From: a virus
Lineage: Duplodnaviria; Heunggongvirae; Uroviricota; Caudoviricetes
DNA length: 64,000 nt
Virus record (IMG/VR): IMGVR_UViG_3300020048_000019
Coordinates: 64,001-128,000 of that record
Reading direction: 5' to 3' (one strand)
Shown in pieces: positions 26,954 to 36,576 of this stretch. Both the position numbers and the translations under genes were made by a program. How positions within the stretch are numbered: position 1 is the stretch's first letter; every line of letters begins with the position of its first letter. The notes beneath the pieces were generated by a model, which was not told where the DNA came from, made no database searches, and worked only from the letters and a program-made list of their open reading frames with translations.

Positions 26954-28741
26954 ATGGCAGAACAAACTCAACAAGGCTGGCGCAAATATTTCAAGGTAGC
27001 AGATACCTCGGGACAAATGAGCCCTATATCAGGTAAAAACCAGTACGGCATGCCTGGTTACAACAAAAACGACGGCAACGGAGATGTGCAAGCAGACTTT
27101 GTGTTTCGTAACTATGCCAGTCGATTGCCGGAAGTATACTCAGGCCACCCCAACAGAGTGGAGCGGTATAACCAGTATGAGAACATGGACATGGACTCAG
27201 AAATTAACGCATGCTTGGATATTATTGCAGAATTTAGTACACAGGCCAATGAACAAAACGGCACACCATTTGACATCAAGTTCAATGACAAGCCTACAGA
27301 TCACGAAATTGATATTATCAAGAAGCAGTTGCAGCAGTGGGTCAAGCTGAACAAGTTAGATCAACGAATCTTCAAACTGTTCCGCAACACCATCAAGTAC
27401 GGTGATCAAGCATTTGTACGTGATCCAGAAACATTTGAAATGTACTGGGTTGACATGAGCAAGGTTGCCCGTGTTATTGTAAACGAAAGCGAAGGCAAGA
27501 GACCTGAGCAGTATATTATTCGTGACATTAATCCCAACTTTCAAAGCATGAGTATTGCTCAAAAGACCACTACTGATTACATGACCAACCCTGTAACAGG
27601 CAGTATCAGTGGCAACAGCAACTACACTTCACCCAACGGTGGCCAAGGTGGTGGCGCTGGTAACAGTCGCTTTATGCAGGCCATGAACGAAGTCTGTATT
27701 GATGCCAAGCATGTGGTGCATGTGAGCTTGAACGAAGGCCTAGATACATTCTGGCCATTTGGCCGCAGTGTACTAGAACAGATTTTCATGGTGTTCAAGC
27801 AGAAACAACTGCTGGAAGATGCTGTGCTGATCTATCGTGTGCAACGTGCTCCGGAGCGCAGGATCTTTAAAATTGACGTGGGCAACATGCCAAGTCACTT
27901 GGCCATGGCGTTTGTTGAGCGCATCAAAAACGAAATGCATCAGCGCAGAATTCCCACAGTGGGCGGCGGCGGACAGAACATGATGGATGCCAGCTACAAT
28001 CCACTCAGTATCAACGAAGATTACTTTTTCCCTGTCACTGCTGAAGGTCGTGGCAGCTCAGTTGACACCTTGCAAGGCGGACAGAACCTGGGCGAAATTG
28101 ATGACTTGAAGTATTTCAACAACAAGATGGCACGTGGTCTGCGTGTGCCTAGCAGTTACTTGCCTACTGGTCCTGACGACTCAGACCGTGTCACAAGTGA
28201 CGGCAAAGTTGGAACTGCACTGATTCAGGAGTTCCGCTTTAATCAGTACTGCGAACGTCTGCAAGCATTGATTTCACAAAAGCTAGACGACGAATTCAAG
28301 ATGTTCTTGAAGTGGCGCGGTTTCAACATTGACTCCAGCTTGTTTACTCTCCGATTCAACGAGCCACAAAACTTTGCCAGCTATCGCCAAAGTGAATTAG
28401 ACAATGCACGTATCAGTGCGTTTACCAGCTTGGAACAGTTGCCATACATGAGCAAGCGTTTTATGCTTGAACGCTTCTTGGGTCTGAGCGAAGAAGAAAT
28501 CAAACAGAACGAAGAAATGTGGCGCGAAGAACGTGACAATCCAGAGATGCAAGCAGCCACTGGACAAGATTTGCGAAGTGTGGGAGTTACCCCAGCTGGT
28601 CTTGAAGCAGACGTTCAGACTGGTGAAGAGATTGCTGGCATGGAACCTGCTGCAAGCGCAGGCACACCGGGTGTTGATGCTGGCCTAGCCGGCCCTGGAG
28701 CAGCAGCAGGTGCAGCCCCAACTATGCCACCAGCGGTATAA
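26954..28741 (+). CDS. gp20: Portal vertex protein gp20
   Basis: LEDAVLIYRVQRAPERRIFKIDVGNMP..A, EDYFFP..GRGSSVDTL.GGQNLGEIDDLKYF..K..R.L.VP.S.L, E..F..YCERLQ. Confidence 0.96.
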   Translation: MAEQTQQGWRKYFKVADTSGQMSPISGKNQYGMPGYNKNDGNGDVQADFVFRNYASRLPEVYSGHPNRVERYNQYENMDMDSEINACLDIIAEFSTQANEQNGTPFDIKFNDKPTDHEIDIIKKQLQQWVKLNKLDQRIFKLFRNTIKYGDQAFVRDPETFEMYWVDMSKVARVIVNESEGKRPEQYIIRDINPNFQSMSIAQKTTTDYMTNPVTGSISGNSNYTSPNGGQGGGAGNSRFMQAMNEVCIDAKHVVHVSLNEGLDTFWPFGRSVLEQIFMVFKQKQLLEDAVLIYRVQRAPERRIFKIDVGNMPSHLAMAFVERIKNEMHQRRIPTVGGGGQNMMDASYNPLSINEDYFFPVTAEGRGSSVDTLQGGQNLGEIDDLKYFNNKMARGLRVPSSYLPTGPDDSDRVTSDGKVGTALIQEFRFNQYCERLQALISQKLDDEFKMFLKWRGFNIDSSLFTLRFNEPQNFASYRQSELDNARISAFTSLEQLPYMSKRFMLERFLGLSEEEIKQNEEMWREERDNPEMQAATGQDLRSVGVTPAGLEADVQTGEEIAGMEPAASAGTPGVDAGLAGPGAAAGAAPTMPPAV

Positions 28742-28744
28742 ATA
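28737..28744 (+). promoter_or_regulatory. Late promoter TATAAATA, 5 nt before ATG 28750
   Basis: Exact T4 late consensus overlapping the portal stop codon. Confidence 0.75.
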
Positions 28745-28749
28745 TCACT

Positions 28750-28968
28750 ATGCTACTACAAGAGTTTTGGAAAAAAGAACCTGAGGCCTATCAGGACGTG
28801 TCGCAAGACAACAGCCAACCACAGCTGGGCGACTTGCGCAAGACTCGTCTCACCTTGAGACAACTTAACAAATTAAGAAAAATGAATGATGTCAGATCAG
28901 TAGAGTACAAAGAAAAACTCAAACTGATTAGACAACAATACGCCCCGCCCCCAGCACCTGTTGTTTAA
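28750..28968 (+). CDS. Small prohead-associated protein (gp67/gp68 position)
   Basis: 72 aa, basic helix RKTRLTLRQLNKLRKM; lies between portal and protease genes. Function from synteny only. Confidence 0.55.
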   Translation: MLLQEFWKKEPEAYQDVSQDNSQPQLGDLRKTRLTLRQLNKLRKMNDVRSVEYKEKLKLIRQQYAPPPAPVV

Positions 28969-29075
28969 GAATTGTGCAAGGCAGGCAATTTATCACCATT
29001 TTGACTCCTTAAACCACTACTTTTTCGGCGGTGTTGTAAATAACAGCACACTTTAACCCTACAGGAGTTTACCTT

Positions 29076-29924
29076 ATGAACAAATTTGAACAATTGATCG
29101 AATACGTGATCAATGATGAAGACCAAAAAGCCCGCGAACTTTTCCATGATATCGTTGTGGAAAAAAGCCGTACAATTTACGAAAGCTTGATGCAAGAAGA
29201 AGAAGAAATTGAAGAAGGCGCCGAAGAAGAAGAAGAGATCGAAGAAGGCATGATGGGCGGCGACGCACAAGACGACCTTATCGACGAAGTTGAAGCCGAA
29301 GAAGGCAGCGACATGAGCATGGAAGGCGAAGAAGACGAGTTCGGTTCCGATGATGACGGCGACACTGAAATGGGCGGCGACGACATGGGCGGCGACGACA
29401 TGGGCGGCGACGACATGGGTGGCAGCGGCGAGCCAGCTACCAAAGACGATATCATGAATCTTGAAGACAAACTGGACCAGTTGATGGCCGAGTTTGAAGG
29501 CCTAATGGACGATGGCGAAAACATGGGCGACGGCGACGGTTTTGATGCCGGAGAAGGCGGTGACGCTATCGAAATGGACGACACTGAAGAAATGACTCCA
29601 GGCATGATGGAAGCTGTCAGCTTGAAAGCTGCTCCAAAGCCAGTTACTAGTGAAGAAGGCGGCGTCAACAAGAAATCCGCAGTAGCAGCCAATGCTGGTT
29701 CAAAAGGCCCAATCGGCAGTACAGTTAAGCCTGTGCATGCTGGTGGCGAAATGGGTGGACACCACGACACTGCTGCTTATCGCAATACCACAAAAGACTT
29801 GATTGGCCGCGTTGGTAATTCGCCAGCACAAGGTACACAAAAGCCAAGTCCAGCTACTCGTCCTAATCTAGGCCAAGCTAGCGGTGTGAATACCAAGTCT
29901 ATTGTTCCTGGTAAGCACAACTAA
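29076..29924 (+). CDS. Highly acidic prohead core/internal protein candidate
   Basis: 282 aa, E/D-rich, with a perfect 15-nt repeat x3 (MGGDD, 29370-29414); TAAATA at 29037-42 and AGGAG SD; directly before gp21. Confidence 0.6.
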   Translation: MNKFEQLIEYVINDEDQKARELFHDIVVEKSRTIYESLMQEEEEIEEGAEEEEEIEEGMMGGDAQDDLIDEVEAEEGSDMSMEGEEDEFGSDDDGDTEMGGDDMGGDDMGGDDMGGSGEPATKDDIMNLEDKLDQLMAEFEGLMDDGENMGDGDGFDAGEGGDAIEMDDTEEMTPGMMEAVSLKAAPKPVTSEEGGVNKKSAVAANAGSKGPIGSTVKPVHAGGEMGGHHDTAAYRNTTKDLIGRVGNSPAQGTQKPSPATRPNLGQASGVNTKSIVPGKHN

Positions 29925-29926
29925 TC

Positions 29927-30559
29927 ATGAAAACTTTAAGAGAAACTCTTACGTTCCATCAAGCCAACATGCAAGTGTTGGAAGAAGCTGATTCGTCAGG
30001 CGGAAAGAGTCTCTATCTCAAAGGCATCTGTATCGAAGGCGATCGCAAGAACGCCAACGAACGAGTCTATCCCTTGTTTGAAATCAAACGTGCTGTGGAC
30101 GCTATCAACAAGCAAATCTCAGAAGGTTACTCTGTGATGGGTGAAGTGGACCATCCTGATGATTTGAAAATTAACTTGGATCGCGTTTGTCACACTGTTG
30201 AATCAATGTGGATGGATGGACATGCTGGTTGTGGAAAGTTAAAAGTTTTGCCTACTCCGATGGGCAACCTGATCAAGACACTGTTACAATCTGGAGTGAA
30301 ACTAGGAGTTTCAAGCCGTGGATCTGGCAATGTTGATGACAGAACAGGACATGTGAGTGACTTTGAAATAGTCACAATCGATGTGGTTGCCCAACCCAGT
30401 GCACCAAACGCTTATCCACACGCTATCTATGAAAGCCTCATGAACATGAAGTACGGACATAGACTGTTGGAAGTAGCAAAAGAAGCTGGTGAAGACAACA
30501 AAGTGCAAAGATATTTGAAAAGCGAAGTAATCAAGCTGATCAGAGATCTTAAAATATAA
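29927..30559 (+). CDS. gp21: Prohead core protease gp21
   Basis: LKGI.I.G..KNANERVYP, GEVDHPD...INLDRVCH, G..G.GKLK.L.TPMG, LGVSSRGSG, DVVAQPSAPNAY. Confidence 0.95.
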   Translation: MKTLRETLTFHQANMQVLEEADSSGGKSLYLKGICIEGDRKNANERVYPLFEIKRAVDAINKQISEGYSVMGEVDHPDDLKINLDRVCHTVESMWMDGHAGCGKLKVLPTPMGNLIKTLLQSGVKLGVSSRGSGNVDDRTGHVSDFEIVTIDVVAQPSAPNAYPHAIYESLMNMKYGHRLLEVAKEAGEDNKVQRYLKSEVIKLIRDLKI

Positions 30560-30572
30560 GGAGAATCTACTA

Positions 30573-31661
30573 ATGTTAGATGCAATCAAACCATTGCTAG
30601 ATAGCGACCTGATCAACGAGGACACTCGTAAAGAGATCAATGAAGCTTGGGAAATCAAGCTGAATGAGGCTCGTGAACAGGCCCGTGCAGAACTACGTGA
30701 AGAGTTTGCACAGCGCTATGAGCATGATAAGACAGTCATGGTAGAAGCTCTTGACAAGATGGTAACCGAAGGTCTAGCAGCAGAACTTCAGAAAGTGTCT
30801 GCTGAAAAGCGTTCACTAGCTGAAGACCGCGTCAAGTTCCAAGGCAAGATGAAAGAAAGTGCAACCAAGTTCAATTCGTTCTTGGTCACAAAGCTTGCTG
30901 AAGAAATTGGTGAACTGCGCCGTGACCGTAAAATGCATGCTGAAGGACTTGAAAAGCTCGAGTCGTTCATGGTGCATGCCCTGGCTCGTGAAATTCAAGA
31001 ATTTGCACAAGACAAGCGTGAGATGGTGGAAACAAAAGTCCGCCTGGTACGCGAAGCTCGTAGCAAACTGGAATCACTCAAGACACGTTTCGTTAAGGAA
31101 AGTGCTGAGAAAATGAGCAAGGCCGTTAGCTATCACCTCAAGGCTGAACTACACCAGCTCAAAGAAGACGTACAAGCTGCTCGAGAGAACAGTTTCGGAC
31201 GCCGTATTTTTGAAGCTTATGCAGCAGAATTCGGTGCTACTCACTTAAATGAGAAAGCCGAAGTACGCAAGTTGTACGATCTATTGTCTGACAAAGATCA
31301 AGCTCTTGCTGAAGCTATTGATCTCAGTTCAAAGGCGAAAGTCCTGATCGAGAACAAGAACCGCGAAATCCGTATGATCAAAGAGTCCAATGAGCGTCAA
31401 AGCACAATGGAAATGCTGTTGAGTCCCTTAAACCAGGAAAAAGCAGATGTCATGCGTAATTTGTTAGAAGGCGTCCAAACTAATCGTTTGAAAAACGCTT
31501 TCGAGAAGTATCTACCAGCAGTACTGGAAGATCGCTCTGCAAAATCCCGAAAGGTTATTGCAGAATCGGTAACAACAGTTACTGGAGATAAAACTGTTCC
31601 AAGTAGTCCACAGGAAGAACGCAGCAATGTGATCGACCTCAAGCGCCTGGCAGGGTTATAA
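30573..31661 (+). CDS. gp22: Prohead scaffolding protein gp22
   Basis: Long charged coiled coil between gp21 and gp23, C-terminal ...LKRLAGL. Confidence 0.8.
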   Translation: MLDAIKPLLDSDLINEDTRKEINEAWEIKLNEAREQARAELREEFAQRYEHDKTVMVEALDKMVTEGLAAELQKVSAEKRSLAEDRVKFQGKMKESATKFNSFLVTKLAEEIGELRRDRKMHAEGLEKLESFMVHALAREIQEFAQDKREMVETKVRLVREARSKLESLKTRFVKESAEKMSKAVSYHLKAELHQLKEDVQAARENSFGRRIFEAYAAEFGATHLNEKAEVRKLYDLLSDKDQALAEAIDLSSKAKVLIENKNREIRMIKESNERQSTMEMLLSPLNQEKADVMRNLLEGVQTNRLKNAFEKYLPAVLEDRSAKSRKVIAESVTTVTGDKTVPSSPQEERSNVIDLKRLAGL

Positions 31662-31682
31662 AATTAATTTTAGGAGACTTAA

Positions 31683-32879
31683 ATGTCACAAGAACTATTA
31701 GAAAGCCGCTGGGGCGAGACCAAGGAAGCATTGCTTGAAGGTCTGAATGGCACAAGAAAAAACAGCATGGCTGTTATCCTTGAAAACACCCGTAAGTACT
31801 TGAAGGAAAACGCTTCCGCAGGTAGTACCGCAAGTGGTAACATTGCTACATTGAACCGCGTGATTCTTCCCGTGATTCGACGTGTGATGCCTACTGTTAT
31901 TGCTAACGAACTAGTCGGCGTACAGCCAATGACTGGTCCAGTTGGTCAGATCCACACTCTGCGTGTGCGTTATGCCAACAGCTTGACAGACACTTCTGCT
32001 GCTGCAACCAGCGTTTCAGCTGGTGAAGAAGCACTGAGCCCATTCAAGATTGCTACTGCATACTCTACAGTTCCACAAGGCGCTGCTACAGCTACCAACT
32101 ACACAGGCGGTGCTACAGCAGTTATGGAAGGTACTGGCGGTAAGCAAATTTCCGTACAGATCTTGAAGCAAGCTGTTGAAGCTCGTACACGCAAGTTACA
32201 AGCTCGTTGGACTTTTGAATCTGCACAAGATGCACAAGCCATGCACGGTATTGACGTTGAAGCAGAAATTATGGCTGCTTTGGCTCAAGAAATTACAGCT
32301 GAAATTGACCAAGAGATTCTTCTGAGTCTTCGTAGTCTTGCAGCTACTGAGTTCACATACAACCAAGCTACTGTTTCTGGTACTGCTACATTCGTTGGTG
32401 ACGAACACGCTGCTTTGGCTGTTCTAATTAACCGTGTTGCTAACTTGATCGCCCAACGTACTCGTCGTGGCGCTGGTAACTACGCTGTGGTTAGCTCCGC
32501 TGCTCTGACAGTATTGCAAAGTGCTACAACTAGCGCATTTGCACGTACTACAGAAGGTACATTTGAAGCTCCTACAAACACCAAGTTTGTTGGTACACTG
32601 AACGGCGCTATGCGTGTGTTCGTTGACTCTTATGCTAGCGACACTACACCAGTGTTGGTTGGTTACAAGGGTAGTTCAGAAGCTGACGCTCCTGCATTCT
32701 ATTGCCCATACATCCCGTTGATGAGCAGTGGTGTTGTGTTGGATCCGTCAACATTCGAACCAGTCGTGAGCTTCATGACGAGATATGGCTACATTGAATT
32801 GACAAACACTGCGTCTTCTTTCGGCAATGCCGGAGATTACGTGGGAGAAATTGCCGTAAGTAATTTGTCGTTCTCGTGA
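31683..32879 (+). CDS. gp23: Major capsid protein gp23
   Basis: LPVIRRVMPTVIANELVGVQPMTGP.GQI, ARTRKLQARWTFE.AQD..AMHGIDVEAE, YCPYIPL, F.P...F.TRYG; strongly biased codon usage. Confidence 0.97.
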   Translation: MSQELLESRWGETKEALLEGLNGTRKNSMAVILENTRKYLKENASAGSTASGNIATLNRVILPVIRRVMPTVIANELVGVQPMTGPVGQIHTLRVRYANSLTDTSAAATSVSAGEEALSPFKIATAYSTVPQGAATATNYTGGATAVMEGTGGKQISVQILKQAVEARTRKLQARWTFESAQDAQAMHGIDVEAEIMAALAQEITAEIDQEILLSLRSLAATEFTYNQATVSGTATFVGDEHAALAVLINRVANLIAQRTRRGAGNYAVVSSAALTVLQSATTSAFARTTEGTFEAPTNTKFVGTLNGAMRVFVDSYASDTTPVLVGYKGSSEADAPAFYCPYIPLMSSGVVLDPSTFEPVVSFMTRYGYIELTNTASSFGNAGDYVGEIAVSNLSFS

Positions 32880-32903
32880 TCGACTTGTTGCTTTGCAACT
32901 CAT

Positions 32904-32929
32904 AAAAAACGCCCTTCGGGGCGTTTTTT
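32904..32929. terminator. Rho-independent terminator (bidirectional) after g23
   Basis: AAAAAACGCCC-TTCG-GGGCGTTTTTT, C(UUCG)G loop with A and U tracts. Confidence 0.92.
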
Positions 32930-32976
32930 GTTGGCTATGATTTTAAGAGAAAGTTAAGTTGGTCATAAATAAATGT

Positions 32977-33762
32977 ATGAACAAATACACTCTTTGGTAC
33001 AACAACATTACAGAACGTGCTCGCACACGTAAGATTGCCGGATACGTTGAACGCCATCATATACACCCGCGAAGTCTTGGGGGTACAGACGACAAGAATA
33101 ACTTAGTTGAGTTGACTGCAAGAGAGCATTTTATTTGCCATTGGCTACTGACCAAGATGCACACTGGTGAAGCAAAATCAAAAATGATCTATGCCTTAAA
33201 CGGAATGAAACGTGGGAATGAATTTGCACAACGATATGAAACTAAAATTACGGCTCGAGTGTACGAGAACCTTAAAAAAGAGTTTTCAAAGGTTCATAGT
33301 TCTACAATGAAAGGAACGATTCCTGTAAACAAAGGTCGTGCAATGAGTGAAGAGCAGAAGGCAAAAATTCGAGCAACTAAAGCAGCTAATCCTTATAAGT
33401 GGGATGAAGAAACACTTGCAAAAAGAGTAGAAAAACAAATTGGAACAAAACGCAGTCAGGAAACCAAAGATAAAATACGAAACGCACTTAAAGGCAAAGT
33501 AAAAGGACCTATGAGTGACGAGAATAAATTAAAAATCTCTCAAGGAACTAAAGGTAAATCTAAACCCGAAGGCATGGGCGCAAAGTTGTCAGCTACAGTA
33601 GCTGCACAAAAAGCTGCTGGTACTCACTATACTCAACAGCCAAAGTTAACTTGTCCGCACTGTGGAGTTCAAGCTGCAAAACATAGGTACAATGCCTATC
33701 ACGGTGATAAATGTAACCACCGCCACAGTGCCAACTGCCAAGAGAAAATCCGCACATCTTGA
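32977..33762 (+). CDS. Free-standing HNH homing endonuclease with NUMOD3-like repeats and C-terminal zinc finger
   Basis: ERHHIHPRSLGGTDDKNNLVELTAREHF..H; repeats MSEEQKAKI, RSQETKDKI, MSDENKLKI; CPHC...H..C. Start at ATG 32977, 5 nt after ATAAATA (32965-71). Confidence 0.9.
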   Translation: MNKYTLWYNNITERARTRKIAGYVERHHIHPRSLGGTDDKNNLVELTAREHFICHWLLTKMHTGEAKSKMIYALNGMKRGNEFAQRYETKITARVYENLKKEFSKVHSSTMKGTIPVNKGRAMSEEQKAKIRATKAANPYKWDEETLAKRVEKQIGTKRSQETKDKIRNALKGKVKGPMSDENKLKISQGTKGKSKPEGMGAKLSATVAAQKAAGTHYTQQPKLTCPHCGVQAAKHRYNAYHGDKCNHRHSANCQEKIRTS

Positions 33763-33856
33763 CGGGTCAGTTCAAGAGCGGCGCGGATCAAGTAATATAG
33801 TTTAACGACCTTGCTAGTATAGTATCCTATAGTGGATACATGCTTATTATAGCAAG

Positions 33857-35005
33857 TTAAACCTTGAACCACGACAGGTATTGAGCGACTTTTTTGATTA
33901 CACTTGCCCAATCATCTCTCACTGGTTGTCTAAACAATCGCACCTGACTGTACCAAGGACTGTTATCCCTGCCCAGCAACCAACGCCAGTCTGTTGAATA
34001 TGCGTTGAGCATGATCCAAGTGGGTCGGCCCAGGGCAGCACTCAAATGACTCACTGCGGTATCTACTCCTACCACAACATCCATGTGTGAGATCAAGGCC
34101 GCAGTATCAGCAAAGCTGTTTACAGCACCAGGATACATGCTAACCCCTGCGTCAGCCAGGGCCGCAGTTTCTTCATCACTAGCGTCAATTTGCAAGTTGA
34201 CCCATTCATATTCAGGTGCAGCACGTATCATGTCTAGTATCACCGGGAATGGTACACTCTTGTGTTGATTCAGCCAACTATCTCGTCGCCCACTCCACGA
34301 AAATCCAATTCGCATGCGTTTTTTTGCACCCAAGGTAGCAGCCCACTTCTGTGTTAATGCTTGATCAGCTGTCAAGTAGCTTTGCATGTGCGGTAAATTT
34401 TGCAAAGTAATTCCTAGAATTCCAGGAATACTCATGATAGGAACCCAGTAGTCAAACTCGCCCATGTCATCTGTGTAACGTCCCACTTGAGCAATCACTT
34501 GACTAGGGGCCAGTAACGGAACAAGACCGTCTGTGACTTGCAGCTTGACTACAGCACCAGCAGCATGCAGATTGAAACAAAAGCGAACAAACTGAATATT
34601 GTCACCGTGTCCTTGTTCGCCTACCACAAGAATAGTTTTGTCTTTGAGATCTTCACCACGCCATCTTGGTTGTGCAAATTGTGGCTCAGTACCAGCTAGG
34701 TGCTCGTATTGCCAACGTTCTTCATAAGCTGGCCAGCCGCGAGCATAGTCTCCCATGAGCAAATATGAAATTGCCAGATTGAATCTAGCGGTGATATTGT
34801 TGGGCTCTAGAATTACTGCATGTTGCAAGAATGGGATAGACCGTGCCGGTTGTCCAAGTTCTCTCATGACATTGCCATAGTTGTTGAATGCTCCAGCATG
34901 GTCGGGATTTTCCACAAATGCCTGGGCGTAGCATTGCAGAGCCATTTCAGGTTGACGAGCAGCACGGTATTGATTACCTTGCTCAATTAAAAATTCTGTG
35001 TTCAT
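33857..35005 (-). CDS. TPR-repeat protein fused to a GT-B (GT9/heptosyltransferase-like) glycosyltransferase domain
   Basis: Start ATG 35005, 4 nt after GTAAATA. TPR motifs AFNNYG.V..ELG and ARFNLA; GEQGHGD.IQF.RF, RIGFSWSG, DTAALI..MDVVV.VDT...HL.AALG.PTW, SPWY...RLFRQ. Confidence 0.85.
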   Translation of the reverse strand: MNTEFLIEQGNQYRAARQPEMALQCYAQAFVENPDHAGAFNNYGNVMRELGQPARSIPFLQHAVILEPNNITARFNLAISYLLMGDYARGWPAYEERWQYEHLAGTEPQFAQPRWRGEDLKDKTILVVGEQGHGDNIQFVRFCFNLHAAGAVVKLQVTDGLVPLLAPSQVIAQVGRYTDDMGEFDYWVPIMSIPGILGITLQNLPHMQSYLTADQALTQKWAATLGAKKRMRIGFSWSGRRDSWLNQHKSVPFPVILDMIRAAPEYEWVNLQIDASDEETAALADAGVSMYPGAVNSFADTAALISHMDVVVGVDTAVSHLSAALGRPTWIMLNAYSTDWRWLLGRDNSPWYSQVRLFRQPVRDDWASVIKKVAQYLSWFKV

Positions 35006-35046
35006 ACAATATTTACTGCCGGTCAGCCCATGAACTAACATTTTTC

Positions 35047-35053
35047 ATAAATA
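35047..35053 (+). promoter_or_regulatory. Late promoter ATAAATA for the fibre/structural cluster
   Basis: ATAAATA followed by an ~85-nt structured leader and an AAGGAG SD. Confidence 0.65.
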
Positions 35054-35138
35054 CTTGTCAATGCAATAGTGCATTTTATGCAGGACACCACTGCGTAGCG
35101 GCTAGAACCCGCATTGGGCTTCTATAAGGAGAAATCAA

Positions 35139-35939
35139 ATGGGAAGAGCTCTTAAAATACAAAAAACTGGCGCCAATCAGGGCGTTGGTTCGCCAGGCGC
35201 GTCAGTACTACTTGACGCAGGTTATCCAAATTTTGGATCGTTGACCAATCCAGTTTACAACTCAGACAATACATTAACACCGACCAACTTCTTGGGCGTG
35301 GTTGGCGGTGCACCGGTAATCAGTTCACCATCTGCACAGTTTCCAGAAATTTTAGCAACTGTAAACATTGCATTGCCAGATGGCTCGGGTCAAGGCAGTG
35401 CCGGTGGTCGTATTATCCGTCAAAAAGGTTCTCACAAATTCTTGGTGTCCAGTAACACCACTGTTAACGATGAATCCATGGTAGTTGGCGCAACTTACAT
35501 GATCGTTACTTTAGACACCACAAACTGGCAACAAATGGGTGCTCCAGTTGGTGCCGCAGCCGGTACAATTTTCCTTTGTACAGCACTGTGCGCTGATCCA
35601 CAAAACGGTGCTGGTGTGCTAGTTGGACAATGTGTGTTGGCCAATACAGGCTCTCCAGCTGCCGGTTTCATGAGCATCTCTTTCAGTCTTGGAGATAGTC
35701 AAGCAGTGTATGCTAGTTACATTACCAACAAGTGGGTACGTGATTGGTCAGGCATGACTTATGGCAACTACAGCAACTCCAATCTTGGTGTTAACATTCA
35801 AAGTGGCGAAAACTTCTATCCAGCTAACTTCTTTACTGATGAAGGCACAGTTACATGGAGTGGTGCTGAAATTGTTGGCGGTGCTCAAGCACAAAACGGT
35901 ACTCTGCAATTGGCACAAATTGCCAGCGTTGTTTCCTAA
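35139..35939 (+). CDS. Putative virion structural protein
   Basis: 266 aa, strong SD, late promoter, own terminator; contains an RIIRQKG.HKF motif; no family recognised. Confidence 0.6.
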   Translation: MGRALKIQKTGANQGVGSPGASVLLDAGYPNFGSLTNPVYNSDNTLTPTNFLGVVGGAPVISSPSAQFPEILATVNIALPDGSGQGSAGGRIIRQKGSHKFLVSSNTTVNDESMVVGATYMIVTLDTTNWQQMGAPVGAAAGTIFLCTALCADPQNGAGVLVGQCVLANTGSPAAGFMSISFSLGDSQAVYASYITNKWVRDWSGMTYGNYSNSNLGVNIQSGENFYPANFFTDEGTVTWSGAEIVGGAQAQNGTLQLAQIASVVS

Positions 35940-35958
35940 TTGATTTAAGCCCCCGAAG

Positions 35959-35986
35959 CCTCCCAGCTACATACTGGGAGGTTTTT
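35959..35986 (+). terminator. Rho-independent terminator
   Basis: CCTCCCAG-ctacata-CTGGGAGG-TTTTT. Confidence 0.85.
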
Positions 35987-35988
35987 CT

Positions 35989-36576
35989 ATGAATACAGCA
36001 TTTGTGTTAGGTAACGGTATAAGTCGACGAGCAGTTGATTTAACAGTGTTGAGCACACTGGGAGAAGTTTATGGGTGTAACGCATTATATCGTGAGTTTG
36101 CTCCGGCGGTACTAGTCAGTACAGACGATCCCATCAGCCACGAAATACAACAGTCGGGCTACAGTAAAACTCGTTATCATTATACTAGAAAGCCTCTTTC
36201 CAACTCAGGAGCTCACAAGATTCCTGAACCATATTATGGATTTAGCTCAGGCCCAGCAGCAGTAGCGATTGCAGCCATCAATCACAATAGATCAATATAT
36301 CTTGTGGGTTTTGATATGGGGCCAAATCAGCAAGGCTTGTTCAACAACATGTATGCTGGTACTGAATTTTATAAATCCACTTCGGCTGGTCCAACATTTA
36401 CTGGCAATTGGGTACGCCAATTGCTGCAAATTGCAAAAGATTTTCCTAAAGTTAGTTTTGTTAGAGTCATGGGAGATACTACTGCAAATATACAAGAGCT
36501 TAGTGGCTCCCGGAATTTGTCAAACATGAGTATGGAAGACTTTTTAAACCGAATAAATAACACAAAGGAACTCTAA
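35989..36576 (+). CDS. DUF115/Maf/CstII-like (sialyltransferase-type fold) glycosyltransferase candidate
   Basis: AFVLGNG.SR, VYGCNA, SSG..A..IA, IYLVGFD match the I.G.GPS / ..CN / .SG..A / I.L.G.D motifs of this fold. Confidence 0.65.
   Translation: MNTAFVLGNGISRRAVDLTVLSTLGEVYGCNALYREFAPAVLVSTDDPISHEIQQSGYSKTRYHYTRKPLSNSGAHKIPEPYYGFSSGPAAVAIAAINHNRSIYLVGFDMGPNQQGLFNNMYAGTEFYKSTSAGPTFTGNWVRQLLQIAKDFPKVSFVRVMGDTTANIQELSGSRNLSNMSMEDFLNRINNTKEL

Noticed and set aside
33699-33911. 70-aa minus-strand ORF and a TATAAT box between the HNH and TPR-GT genes
   Set aside because: It overlaps both neighbours, has no SD or properly spaced -35 and no recognisable motif; it may be a remnant but cannot be supported.
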